A DNA stretch of 64,000 nt, taken from an uncultured Clostridia bacterium (GTDB taxonomy: Bacteria > Bacillota > Clostridia > TANB77 > CAG-508). Below the pieces are notes generated by a model. It was not told the DNA's origin and ran no database searches. It worked only from the letters and a program-made list of their open reading frames with translations. This document shows, piece by piece, positions 19,165 to 27,385 of the stretch. Numbering within the stretch: the stretch's first letter is position 1; the number at the start of each line of letters is the position of its first letter. The DNA lies in contig CAOMRW010000009.1 in the NCBI GenBank assembly GCA_948485625.1, forward strand, positions 272 through 64,271, written 5' to 3'. A program made the position numbers and the translations under genes.

Positions 19165-19829
19165 CTCCCCATACTGTTTTTATAAATTTAGGATTCTTAG
19201 TATCCTCTTTTAATTTTTCTCTTATTCTTCTAATATGTACCATTACAGTATTATTATTTTCTAAATATTTTTCTTTCCATACTTTTTCAAATAGTTCTTC
19301 TGAACTTACTACATTTCCTTGCTTTTGTGCTAAATATAGTAATATATCAAATTCCATTGGAGTTAATTCTAATTCATCATCATATAATTTGCATATATGT
19401 TTATCTTGGTCTATTTCTAATCCATTTATATAAATAATATTATGCTCTTCACTCTTTTGGTTGTATTTTGTATATCTTCTATATGCTGACTTTACTCTTG
19501 CAATTAGTTCTAATGAATTAAAAGGTTTTGTAATATAGTCATCTGCTCCGAAGTGTTAATCCCTGTATTTTATCTTTATCTTCAATTTTTGCTGTTAACA
19601 TTATTATTGGAAAATTTAGTCCTTTATCTCTTATCATTTTACATATTTCAAATCCATTAACATCTTTTATCATTACATCTAAAATAGCAAAATCTAATTT
19701 TTGACTATTAATACATTTTATAGCATCCTGAGAATTATAAAATTTGAAAACATTATAATTTTCATTTTTCAAATATACTTCAACTAAATCTGCAATTTCT
19801 TTCTCATCATCTAATACTAAAATATTCAT
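19142..19829 (-). CDS. OmpR-family response regulator, reading frame interrupted (needs a +1 shift at 19548-19550)
   Basis: Receiver domain (MNILVLDDEKE...IIMLTAKIEDKDKIQGLTLRSR*) and winged-helix domain (...FDILLYLAQKQGNVVSSEELFEKVW...TVWGVGYKIEK) are in different frames. Skipping one C gives GLTL-GADDYITKPF. Start at 19829 (GAGGGAAAA RBS). Confidence 0.85.
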
Positions 19830-19994
19830 TTTTCCCTCTTTCCTCTCTATCATATTTTACCATAATGGCTTTATTTTTTCTATAAGTTATCTCAATTGTA
19901 ATAAAATGTTAAGATTTATTTAATTATTTCTTAAAACTTATTTTTTCTTTCATTTATATAATAAAGACAAGTTTAAATATATGGAGGTAATCAA

Positions 19995-20756
19995 ATGAGG
20001 AAAAAAAGAAGAAAAATGAGGATAATATTATTAATATTGATATTTTTAGTAATGTACTTGTACTTTAAAAATAATTTATTTGATAATATTTATTATAACT
20101 TTAATACATTTCTTTCAAAGATTAATAACATTTCAGAATATAACACTATCAAACAAGATATAAATAATAATTATTCTGGAATAGGACAAGAAAAAGTTAA
20201 AAATAAAGATGGATATTTCACTACTTTTACTACTATTGAAGACTATAAAAAAACATATATTGAGTATAAACAAAATAATAATTCATCTTGGAGTAATAAT
20301 CAATATTGGGGTGGTACTATGGCTGAAAATAGTTGTGGTATTACTGCAATTGCAACTATTTTAAGTGGATATAATAAAAATTATACTCCTGAAGACCTTA
20401 GACAAAGATATTATCCTGTATTAAATTATGATTTACTTTCAAAGGAATTATTTAATGCATTTAATATTAAAAATAGTGATTTCTATTATGATAGTGTACA
20501 TTTGTCTAAAGAAAAATTACAAGAGCATTTGCAGACAAATAGACCTATTTTAATTTGTACATGGAATAAACCTGAATCTAATCGCTGGACTACTTCATCT
20601 CACTATGTTGTTTTACTTGCTAGTGATGATAAAGATATGGTATATGTTTCAAATCCTAATGGAGGTTTTAATGATAGTAAAAGTTCAGGTTGGTATAAGT
20701 TTAAAGAAATAACACCTTATATTGCAAAGGCACTTTATATAGAAAGTTATAATTAA
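19995..20756 (+). CDS. secreted or membrane-anchored peptidase C39-like (papain-fold) protein
   Basis: N-terminal TM/signal anchor; ENSCGITAIATIL (catalytic Cys) and TSSHYVVLLA (His) resemble the Peptidase_C39_2 domain. Confidence 0.55.
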   Translation: MRKKRRKMRIILLILIFLVMYLYFKNNLFDNIYYNFNTFLSKINNISEYNTIKQDINNNYSGIGQEKVKNKDGYFTTFTTIEDYKKTYIEYKQNNNSSWSNNQYWGGTMAENSCGITAIATILSGYNKNYTPEDLRQRYYPVLNYDLLSKELFNAFNIKNSDFYYDSVHLSKEKLQEHLQTNRPILICTWNKPESNRWTTSSHYVVLLASDDKDMVYVSNPNGGFNDSKSSGWYKFKEITPYIAKALYIESYN

Positions 20757-20780
20757 AGACAGTTCTACACTGTCTTTAAT
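20752..20780 (+). terminator. terminator overlapping the stop codon
   Basis: 11-bp stem ATTAAAGACAG (20752-20762) / CTGTCTTTAAT (20770-20780). Confidence 0.55.
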
Positions 20781-20819
20781 TGTTAATTAAGTATTTTTAA
20801 TAAGATATTATAAGTTTTT

Positions 20820-21341
20820 TTATTTTACTAATATTTTTTCATATCTCTCAAAGTTAGGTTCATATTCTTTAATCATTTTTATAAAACTTTTACAATGACT
20901 TTTATATTTTAAATGGCAATATTGATGTAGTACTATATAATCTATAATATTTCTATCATATTTTACAATCTCAGGATTTATTGTTATTTTATTATCCTCA
21001 CATTTTCCAAAAATATTATTTACTTTTTTAATTTCATAATCTTCAGGTGCAAATCCTAATAATATTCTTGTTTTTTCCATTGCCCTTTCTACTTCAATTC
21101 TTGCTATTTGTTCATACATTTTATCTATTGCTATATCTAATATTTTCTCATTGTTTGTTTTTTTATATTTGTTTGGTAGTGATATTTTTATAATTTTATC
21201 TTCTACATTTAATTCTGCAAATTTTACATTTTTATATATTATCTTCACTTTGTAATCTGTCCCTAACACTGGAACTGGATGTCTTTCAGCCGCTTCTTCT
21301 ATTGTTATTTTTAAGTTTATTTTCTTTGTCATTATTCTCAT
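20820..21341 (-). CDS. M48-like metal-dependent hydrolase, YgjP/DUF45 family
   Basis: 173 aa; C-terminal VLHQYCHLKY is the HExxH-like motif position of DUF45 (YgjP-type) proteins. Confidence 0.6.
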   Translation of the reverse strand: MRIMTKKINLKITIEEAAERHPVPVLGTDYKVKIIYKNVKFAELNVEDKIIKISLPNKYKKTNNEKILDIAIDKMYEQIARIEVERAMEKTRILLGFAPEDYEIKKVNNIFGKCEDNKITINPEIVKYDRNIIDYIVLHQYCHLKYKSHCKSFIKMIKEYEPNFERYEKILVK

Positions 21342-21482
21342 TTTATATCACTCCTTGCAAATTGTTGTTTTGCAAAACATTGTTCGTTTTGTTATTCTTA
21401 TTTTATATTCTTTTTTTATTATTGTCAATACTTTTTATGAAAAAAATAAAAATTTTGTTCGTTTTTAATCCTTACTAAATTA

Positions 21483-21605
21483 GTGATAAGGGTCCAGGTC
21501 TTAAGTAGGGATAGGGGGCCAGGTCATTAATCCCCACTTTTCATTAAAAAGTGGGAATTAATGACCTGGCCCCCTATCCCTACTTAAGACCTGGACCCTT
21601 ATCAC
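21483..21605. repeat. 123-bp GC-rich near-perfect inverted repeat (59-nt arms, 5-nt loop)
   Basis: Arms 21483-21541 and 21547-21605 pair at 58 of 59 positions (mismatch 21532/21556). Sequence begins GTGATAAGGGTCCAGGTCTTAAGTAGGGATAGGGGGCCAGGTCATTAATCCCCACTTTT. Confidence 0.9.
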
Positions 21606-21634
21606 CAAGAATTGCCCCTTATTTAGTATTTTTC

Positions 21635-22291
21635 TTATTCTACTTCAATACTTTCATCATTTTCTAAAATTTCATATTCAATGTCATATTTATTAAACAT
21701 TTTTTCAATAAACTCAAAATCTGGTGGAAATGCTGGATTATCCATATGAATTGGTATAGTTAATATTGCGCCTACTTCTTTTGCATACAATGCTGCTTCA
21801 AATGCTGACATTGTTAATCCATGCCCAGTTACTGGTATACACAATATATCTGCTTTATATTCATTTTTAAAGCAAATTGTATCACTTGTTGTATATAATC
21901 TATTTTCTCCATCATCTATAATATATCCTACATTTTCATGTATTTCCTTTTCACCTTTTAATAATGGTTGATACCCATGTATTGCATGTACTACTTCTAT
22001 TTTTATATTGTCTAATTCTATAATATCATTTTCTTTTACAAAATTTATATTTAAGTTTCTATTAGCTTCTTGTACTTCATTTGTTGAATAAATCTTTATT
22101 TTATTATTTACTTTTTCTAAAATTTCTGTATTGCAATGGTCTGAATGTTTATGTGTTATTATTATAGCATCTACATTATTCCATATATCAAAATATTCTT
22201 CTTTATATTTTAATGTTCCTGGGTCTATTAATATTTTTCTTCCTTTTGTTTCAATTAATAAACATGATTGTGGAAATTTTGTAATTTTCAT
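21635..22291 (-). CDS. MBL-fold metallo-hydrolase
   Basis: 218 aa with HKHSDH (HxHxDH) motif; last gene of a tightly spaced five-gene operon. Confidence 0.75.
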   Translation of the reverse strand: MKITKFPQSCLLIETKGRKILIDPGTLKYKEEYFDIWNNVDAIIITHKHSDHCNTEILEKVNNKIKIYSTNEVQEANRNLNINFVKENDIIELDNIKIEVVHAIHGYQPLLKGEKEIHENVGYIIDDGENRLYTTSDTICFKNEYKADILCIPVTGHGLTMSAFEAALYAKEVGAILTIPIHMDNPAFPPDFEFIEKMFNKYDIEYEILENDESIEVE

Positions 22292-22310
22292 AATTTATCA
22301 AACCTTTCTT

Positions 22311-22796
22311 TTAATTTTCTTTTAAATCATATTTCACTTGTAAAATATTCTCATATTCATCAACTATAATATACATATCAAATTTAAAATCATCATTAAT
22401 TAATCCTTGAATAAAAAATCTATCTAAAATTATTATATTTGACAATATTTTTTCGCTCTTTAATACTTCCTCTATCTTTATCCATTCCGATGTATTTTCA
22501 TCAAATTCTTGAGGAGTTCCATTATATTCATTAGAAATAAATATATCAAAATCATATTTTCTATTTGGGTATTCAATTATCATATTACCTTTACATTTTA
22601 AATTTCTAATATTTATACCAGTTTCTTCTTTCATTTCTCTTATAGCTGCATATTCTGGTAATTCTCCCTCTTCAATCTTGCCTCCAGGAATATCATAATA
22701 TCCTTCTTTTTTATTACCCTCTTTATATTTAGTAACTACTACTCTATCATCTTCTATCAGATAACATCTAACAGCTTTTCTTATTGGCTTATCCAT
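22311..22796 (-). CDS. NUDIX hydrolase (MutT-like)
   Basis: Nudix box GGKIEEGELPEYAAIREMKEETGI. Confidence 0.8.
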   Translation of the reverse strand: MDKPIRKAVRCYLIEDDRVVVTKYKEGNKKEGYYDIPGGKIEEGELPEYAAIREMKEETGINIRNLKCKGNMIIEYPNRKYDFDIFISNEYNGTPQEFDENTSEWIKIEEVLKSEKILSNIIILDRFFIQGLINDDFKFDMYIIVDEYENILQVKYDLKEN

Positions 22797-22815
22797 TATT
22801 ATTCCTCCAAACGAT

Positions 22816-23466
22816 TTATTTTAAACTCTTAATTATATATTGTATATCTTCAATAGATTTATCTATATTAAATCTTCCATTTCCTATTGGATAATAAACA
22901 CTATAAAAATTATATTCCTTTCCATTTATTTCACTTTTAAATAATTGCTTTCTACATTGAGACACTGATATTTTTTGATTTAAAACAATACTACTCACTT
23001 GATTTCCAAATAATATTACTACTTTAGGATTTATAATTTCTATTTCCTTTTTTAATAAGTCTAAGTATTCTTCATAAACACTATTGGGAAGTACTCTTGC
23101 ATCTATTTGCGTACATTTCCCTAAATTAGTAATAAAATATTTATGTTTCTTTACATCTTCATATACTTCTTCTGCAAATTCTTCTGTCCATTCTGAACTT
23201 TTAATATCTTTTATTTTTCTATATATACATTCATCCATTAAATTTAAACTATAAAATAAATCCCAAATATTTTTTGTTCCTATCCAAGGAGATTTTATTC
23301 CTTTCCAATCCTTAGATGATGCAATATTTCTTCCAGTTGGGTTCATAAAGACAAAACATATATCTGGATTTTCTGTGTATCCACCATTATATATAGAATC
23401 TAATTCTTTTGCCCCATACTTTTTCTGTAACCTATCATATTTTATTTTTAAATCTTCTAATTTCAA
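22816..23466 (-). CDS. uracil-DNA glycosylase superfamily protein
   Basis: FVFMNPTGRN (GxNPG-like motif 1), FITNLGKC and PKVVILFGNQ match the UDG-fold family 4/MUG-like layout. Confidence 0.6.
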   Translation of the reverse strand: MKLEDLKIKYDRLQKKYGAKELDSIYNGGYTENPDICFVFMNPTGRNIASSKDWKGIKSPWIGTKNIWDLFYSLNLMDECIYRKIKDIKSSEWTEEFAEEVYEDVKKHKYFITNLGKCTQIDARVLPNSVYEEYLDLLKKEIEIINPKVVILFGNQVSSIVLNQKISVSQCRKQLFKSEINGKEYNFYSVYYPIGNGRFNIDKSIEDIQYIIKSLK

Positions 23467-23483
23467 TTTTGTTTCTCCTAGTT

Positions 23484-24083
23484 TTATATATTATTTACTA
23501 TAAATTCAATAACACCATCTTTATTATTTTCTTCTTTTGTATCAATTTTCTCTTCTTTTGTTAGTTCTAACCAATATTTATTATTTTCTGGCAAAACTGA
23601 TATTGAATCTAGTGGGTATCCTGGATTTCTTTTTTCACATGGCTTATCTACAAGATAAAAGTCACTCTTACTCCAAGTATATTCTTTAACATCCTCTTCA
23701 TTATATATCACCATTCCATATACCCATTTTGCTGTTAGCTTTCCACCATATTCTTTTACTAGATTTGTATAATACTCTATCATTTCATCATCTGTTAATT
23801 CTTTTCCATTAACTCTTCTTACATGTGTTCCTGGTTGTTTTTCATTTGGTATGTCTTCAATATATAGGCAGTTATCCATTCCAATAGTTGTAATTTTTGT
23901 GGCTTCGTAATATGCTTTTGCTTTTATATGTGCATTTTCTATTGCATTTTTTCCGCTTTCTTCCACATGCAGATTAATTCCTAAATCTTTTATTGTTAAT
24001 ATTTCAATATTTCTTTGTTTTAGTTTTTCTTTATATTTATTTATTTTAGCTGGATTTGTTGTTGCAAATAATACTTTTTTCAT
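23484..24083 (-). CDS. Ham1/RdgB-like non-canonical NTP pyrophosphatase (divergent)
   Basis: VLFATTNPAKINKYKEKL (ATGNxxKxxE), EESGKNAIENAHIKAKAYY (ExGxTFxENAxxKA). The DDSGL position reads MDNCL. Confidence 0.6.
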   Translation of the reverse strand: MKKVLFATTNPAKINKYKEKLKQRNIEILTIKDLGINLHVEESGKNAIENAHIKAKAYYEATKITTIGMDNCLYIEDIPNEKQPGTHVRRVNGKELTDDEMIEYYTNLVKEYGGKLTAKWVYGMVIYNEEDVKEYTWSKSDFYLVDKPCEKRNPGYPLDSISVLPENNKYWLELTKEEKIDTKEENNKDGVIEFIVNNI

Positions 24084-24084
24084 T

Positions 24085-24654
24085 TTAGTTCTCCTTGTAT
24101 AACTTTAATTTCTCATTTTCTTTTTTATATACATTTTCTATCATCCATTCTTCATTAGAAATTTTCTCTATATCTTCTAGATTAATCCATTTTACCCCAC
24201 TATTTTCATCTTCTTTTATATGTAGCATTTCTTTTTCGTCTACTTCTAATAAATATGTTAAATTTAGATGTACATGTGAAGAAACATATTTTCCTCTCTT
24301 TACATGACCATTAACACATATTATTTCTAATGAAAAAATATCATTTGAAAGTATTTTTACATTTTGTATTCCTGTTTCTTCTTTTAGCTCTCTAATTGCT
24401 GTTCCTAATAAATCCGATTCTCCATCTGCATGTCCACCAGTCCATGCCCATGATTTATATATATTATGGTATATCATTAATACTTTTGTTCTTTCTTTAT
24501 TTACTGCCCATGATGATGCTGTAAAATGTCCATATTCGTTATTTCTTGTTAATACATCATCAAATGTATTTATGTATTTTAATATTGTTTCTTTGTCTTT
24601 TTCTTCTTGTTCATTATATGGTTTATAATTTTCTATTTGTTCTTTTAAATTCAT
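24085..24654 (-). CDS. NUDIX hydrolase
   Basis: Nudix box GGHADGESDLLGTAIRELKEETGI; 1 nt upstream of the Ham1-like gene. Confidence 0.8.
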   Translation of the reverse strand: MNLKEQIENYKPYNEQEEKDKETILKYINTFDDVLTRNNEYGHFTASSWAVNKERTKVLMIYHNIYKSWAWTGGHADGESDLLGTAIRELKEETGIQNVKILSNDIFSLEIICVNGHVKRGKYVSSHVHLNLTYLLEVDEKEMLHIKEDENSGVKWINLEDIEKISNEEWMIENVYKKENEKLKLYKEN

Positions 24655-24720
24655 TATCTTCCCTCCTATTGTGTTTTTGATAATATCATAATTATATCAA
24701 TATTACAATAATTAAGTAAA

Positions 24721-24759
24721 GAAAAAATTGAGGTTTGCTCTGTTAAAAGCAACCTCAAT
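24721..24759 (-). terminator. terminator of the GGGtGRT gene
   Basis: ATTGAGGTT (24727-24735) / AACCTCAAT (24751-24759). A U-run follows on the minus-strand RNA (plus-strand A6 at 24722-24727). Confidence 0.6.
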
Positions 24760-24766
24760 TCAAGTA

Positions 24767-25768
24767 TTATTTCATAGCTTCTTCAACTGCAACAGCTACT
24801 GCAACAGAAGCACCAACCATTGGATTGTTTCCCATACCAATCAATCCCATCATTTCAACGTGTGCTGGAACTGATGAAGAACCTGCAAATTGTGCATCTG
24901 AGTGCATTCTTCCCATAGTATCTGTCATACCATAAGAAGCTGGTCCAGCTGCCATATTATCTGGGTGTAATGTTCTTCCTGTTCCACCACCAGAAGCAAC
25001 TGAGAAATATTTTTTACCTTGTTCAATACATTCTTTTTTATATGTACCTGCTACTGGATGTTGGAATCTTGTTGGATTTGTAGAATTTCCTGTTATAGAA
25101 ACATCTACACCTTCCATGTGCATTATTGCTACACCTTCTCTAACATCATTTGCACCATAACATCTAACTTTTGATCTTTCTCCATCTGAATATGCTATTT
25201 CTTCTACTACATTTACTTTTCCTGTAAAGAAGTCAAAATCTGTTTTTACATATGTAAATCCATTAATTCTTGATATTACTTGTGCTGCATCTTTTCCAAG
25301 TCCATTTAATATTACTCTTAATGGTTCTTTTCTTACTTTATTTGCAGATTTTGCTATACCAATAGCACCTTCTGCTGCTGCAAAGCTTTCATGTCCTGCT
25401 AAAAATGCAAAACATTTTGTTTCTTCTGATAATAGCATTGATGCTAAATTTCCATGTCCTAATCCAACTTTTCTATCATCTGCAACAGAACCTGGTATAC
25501 AGAAAGATTGTAATCCTTCTCCTATAGCTTTTGCTGCATCAGCTGCTTTTGTGCAACCTTTTTTTATTGCAATTGCAGCTCCTAAAGTATATGCCCATGC
25601 TGCATTTTCAAAACAAATTGGTTGTATTCCTTTTACTATTTCATATGGATTAAATCCTTTTTCTTTACATATTTCTAATGCATCTTCAAAATCTTTTATT
25701 CCATATTTTTCCATAACTGGTTTTATTTGGTCTATTCTTCTTTCATAACTTTCAAATGTTACTGCCAT
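24767..25768 (-). CDS. GGGtGRT family protein (function unknown)
   Basis: 333 aa containing the eponymous ASGGGTGRTLHPDN motif. Confidence 0.8.
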   Translation of the reverse strand: MAVTFESYERRIDQIKPVMEKYGIKDFEDALEICKEKGFNPYEIVKGIQPICFENAAWAYTLGAAIAIKKGCTKAADAAKAIGEGLQSFCIPGSVADDRKVGLGHGNLASMLLSEETKCFAFLAGHESFAAAEGAIGIAKSANKVRKEPLRVILNGLGKDAAQVISRINGFTYVKTDFDFFTGKVNVVEEIAYSDGERSKVRCYGANDVREGVAIMHMEGVDVSITGNSTNPTRFQHPVAGTYKKECIEQGKKYFSVASGGGTGRTLHPDNMAAGPASYGMTDTMGRMHSDAQFAGSSSVPAHVEMMGLIGMGNNPMVGASVAVAVAVEEAMK

Positions 25769-25853
25769 TTAATTTTCCTCCTATAATATATTTCTAAAAT
25801 CACTTATAACTTTATTTTAGATTTAATTTTAAATATATATTTTATAATATTTT

Positions 25854-26258
25854 TTATATAATTTTTTTGTCAAATTCTTTTATAAAATTTTCTAATGTTT
25901 CAATATGATTTTTTAAAATTCTTTCATATATCTCAATAGATACACTTTCTTTATATGTATGTGCTATTAAATTTCTATCTCTTAATAAATCCATATACTT
26001 TTGTCCATCTTCTATGATTCCAAATTGAAATGCATTTCTTATTGTAGAACCTGGTCCACATTCTGTTACTGTTTCAAAATCTTGCAAATATCTTTGTAAT
26101 GCTTTCCACCAAAGTTCAAAAGTATATTCATATGCATGTATAATCGCTGCTCTATCTTTTTCAGTGCCATTATCAGTGTTTACAAATTCTTTAAGTTTTA
26201 AAAATGCTTTTTTAAACGTCTCATAACTTTCTATTATATTATTTGGCATATATCTCAA
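25854..26258 (-). CDS. HEPN-domain toxin (HI0074 nucleotidyltransferase substrate-binding family, HepT-like)
   Basis: 134 aa with RDRNLIAHTY (Rx4-6H HEPN motif). Overlaps the upstream MNT gene by 20 nt. Confidence 0.75.
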   Translation of the reverse strand: MRYMPNNIIESYETFKKAFLKLKEFVNTDNGTEKDRAAIIHAYEYTFELWWKALQRYLQDFETVTECGPGSTIRNAFQFGIIEDGQKYMDLLRDRNLIAHTYKESVSIEIYERILKNHIETLENFIKEFDKKII

Positions 26259-26547
26259 CTCCTTCTTTTAAAATATTATCTTTTATTTTATTGTCTGGAC
26301 TTATACTATTAAAATTGATTAAATCTATTTTATATGGTAAATATAAATCATCTATATCATAAAATATCTTTGTATTAATAGAAGATGTCAATTTATCTCC
26401 AAATAAAGCAATATCAATATCTGAGGCATTTCTATAATCTCCTCTTGCTCTTGAACCAAAAATTTTAGCACTTTCTACTTCTTCATATTTTTTCAATATT
26501 TCTACAATATTTTTTATAACTTTATTTTCTAAACCAAATTTTTGCAT
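26239..26547 (-). CDS. minimal nucleotidyltransferase antitoxin (MntA-like)
   Basis: 102 aa with GSRARGDYRNASDIDIAL (GSxxRGx...SDxD polymerase-beta-type NTase motif). Confidence 0.75.
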   Translation of the reverse strand: MQKFGLENKVIKNIVEILKKYEEVESAKIFGSRARGDYRNASDIDIALFGDKLTSSINTKIFYDIDDLYLPYKIDLINFNSISPDNKIKDNILKEGVEIYAK

Positions 26548-26607
26548 TTCAATTACCTTTCACAACAAAATTGATTAAAATGTACAAATTATGTATTTAT
26601 CAATATC

Positions 26608-26656
26608 TGTCCCTATGGGACAAAAATGTCCCAACAGAAACGTCCCTTTGGGACAT
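26608..26656. repeat. GTCCC/GGGAC palindromic intergenic element (two hairpins)
   Basis: TGTCCC-TAT-GGGACA (26608-26622), then ATGTCCCAA-N13-TTGGGACAT (26626-26656). Shares the 17-mer GGACAAAAATGTCCCAA with the element at 48210-48284. Confidence 0.8.
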
Positions 26657-27348
26657 TATTCTTCTCTAGGGTCAATTTTCTTAACAGCTTCATCAAATCT
26701 TCCATATGTTCCAGAAGCTTTTTCAATTGCCTCTTTTGGGTCTATTCCTTTTTTAATATTATCCATCATTTTTCCTAAATGAACATATTTATAACCAATT
26801 ATTTGGTCATCTTTATCTAATCCTAATTCAACTATGTATCCTTCTGTTAGATTTAAGTATCTTGGTCCTTTTAATTTGCTTGAATAGATTGTTCCTACTT
26901 GGCTTGTATGTCCTTTTCCTAAATCTTCAAGTCCTGCTCCTACTGGAAGCCCTCCTTCAGAGAATGCTGATTGTGTTCTTCCATATACTATTTGTAAGAA
27001 TAATTCTCTCATAGCAGTATTTATTGCATCACATACTAAGTCTGTATTTAATGCTTCTAATATTGTTTTTCCTACTAAAATTTCTCCTGCCATAGCTGCT
27101 GAATGTGTCATTCCTGAACATCCTATTGTTTCTACTAATGCTTCTTGGATTATTCCCTCTTTTACATTTAATGTTAATTTACATGCTCCTTGTTGTGGTG
27201 CACACCATCCTATACCATGTGTTAATCCAGATATATCTTTTATTTCCTTTGCTTTAACCCATTTTCCTTCTTCTGGAATTGGTGCTGGCCCATGGTCTAC
27301 TCCTTTTGCAACTGTGCACATTCCTTCTAATTCTTTTGAATAAATCAT
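26656..27348 (-). CDS. NifU/IscU-like Fe-S scaffold-type protein, usual partner of GGGtGRT proteins
   Basis: 230 aa; GACKLTLNVKEGIIQEALVETIGCSGMTHSAAMAGEILVGKTILEAL follows the IscU/NifU N-domain pattern (C...GC...GKT..EAL). Confidence 0.55.
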   Translation of the reverse strand: MIYSKELEGMCTVAKGVDHGPAPIPEEGKWVKAKEIKDISGLTHGIGWCAPQQGACKLTLNVKEGIIQEALVETIGCSGMTHSAAMAGEILVGKTILEALNTDLVCDAINTAMRELFLQIVYGRTQSAFSEGGLPVGAGLEDLGKGHTSQVGTIYSSKLKGPRYLNLTEGYIVELGLDKDDQIIGYKYVHLGKMMDNIKKGIDPKEAIEKASGTYGRFDEAVKKIDPREE

Positions 27349-27385
27349 CTTTTTTGCTCCCTTCGTTTCATATTTTAATACTATA

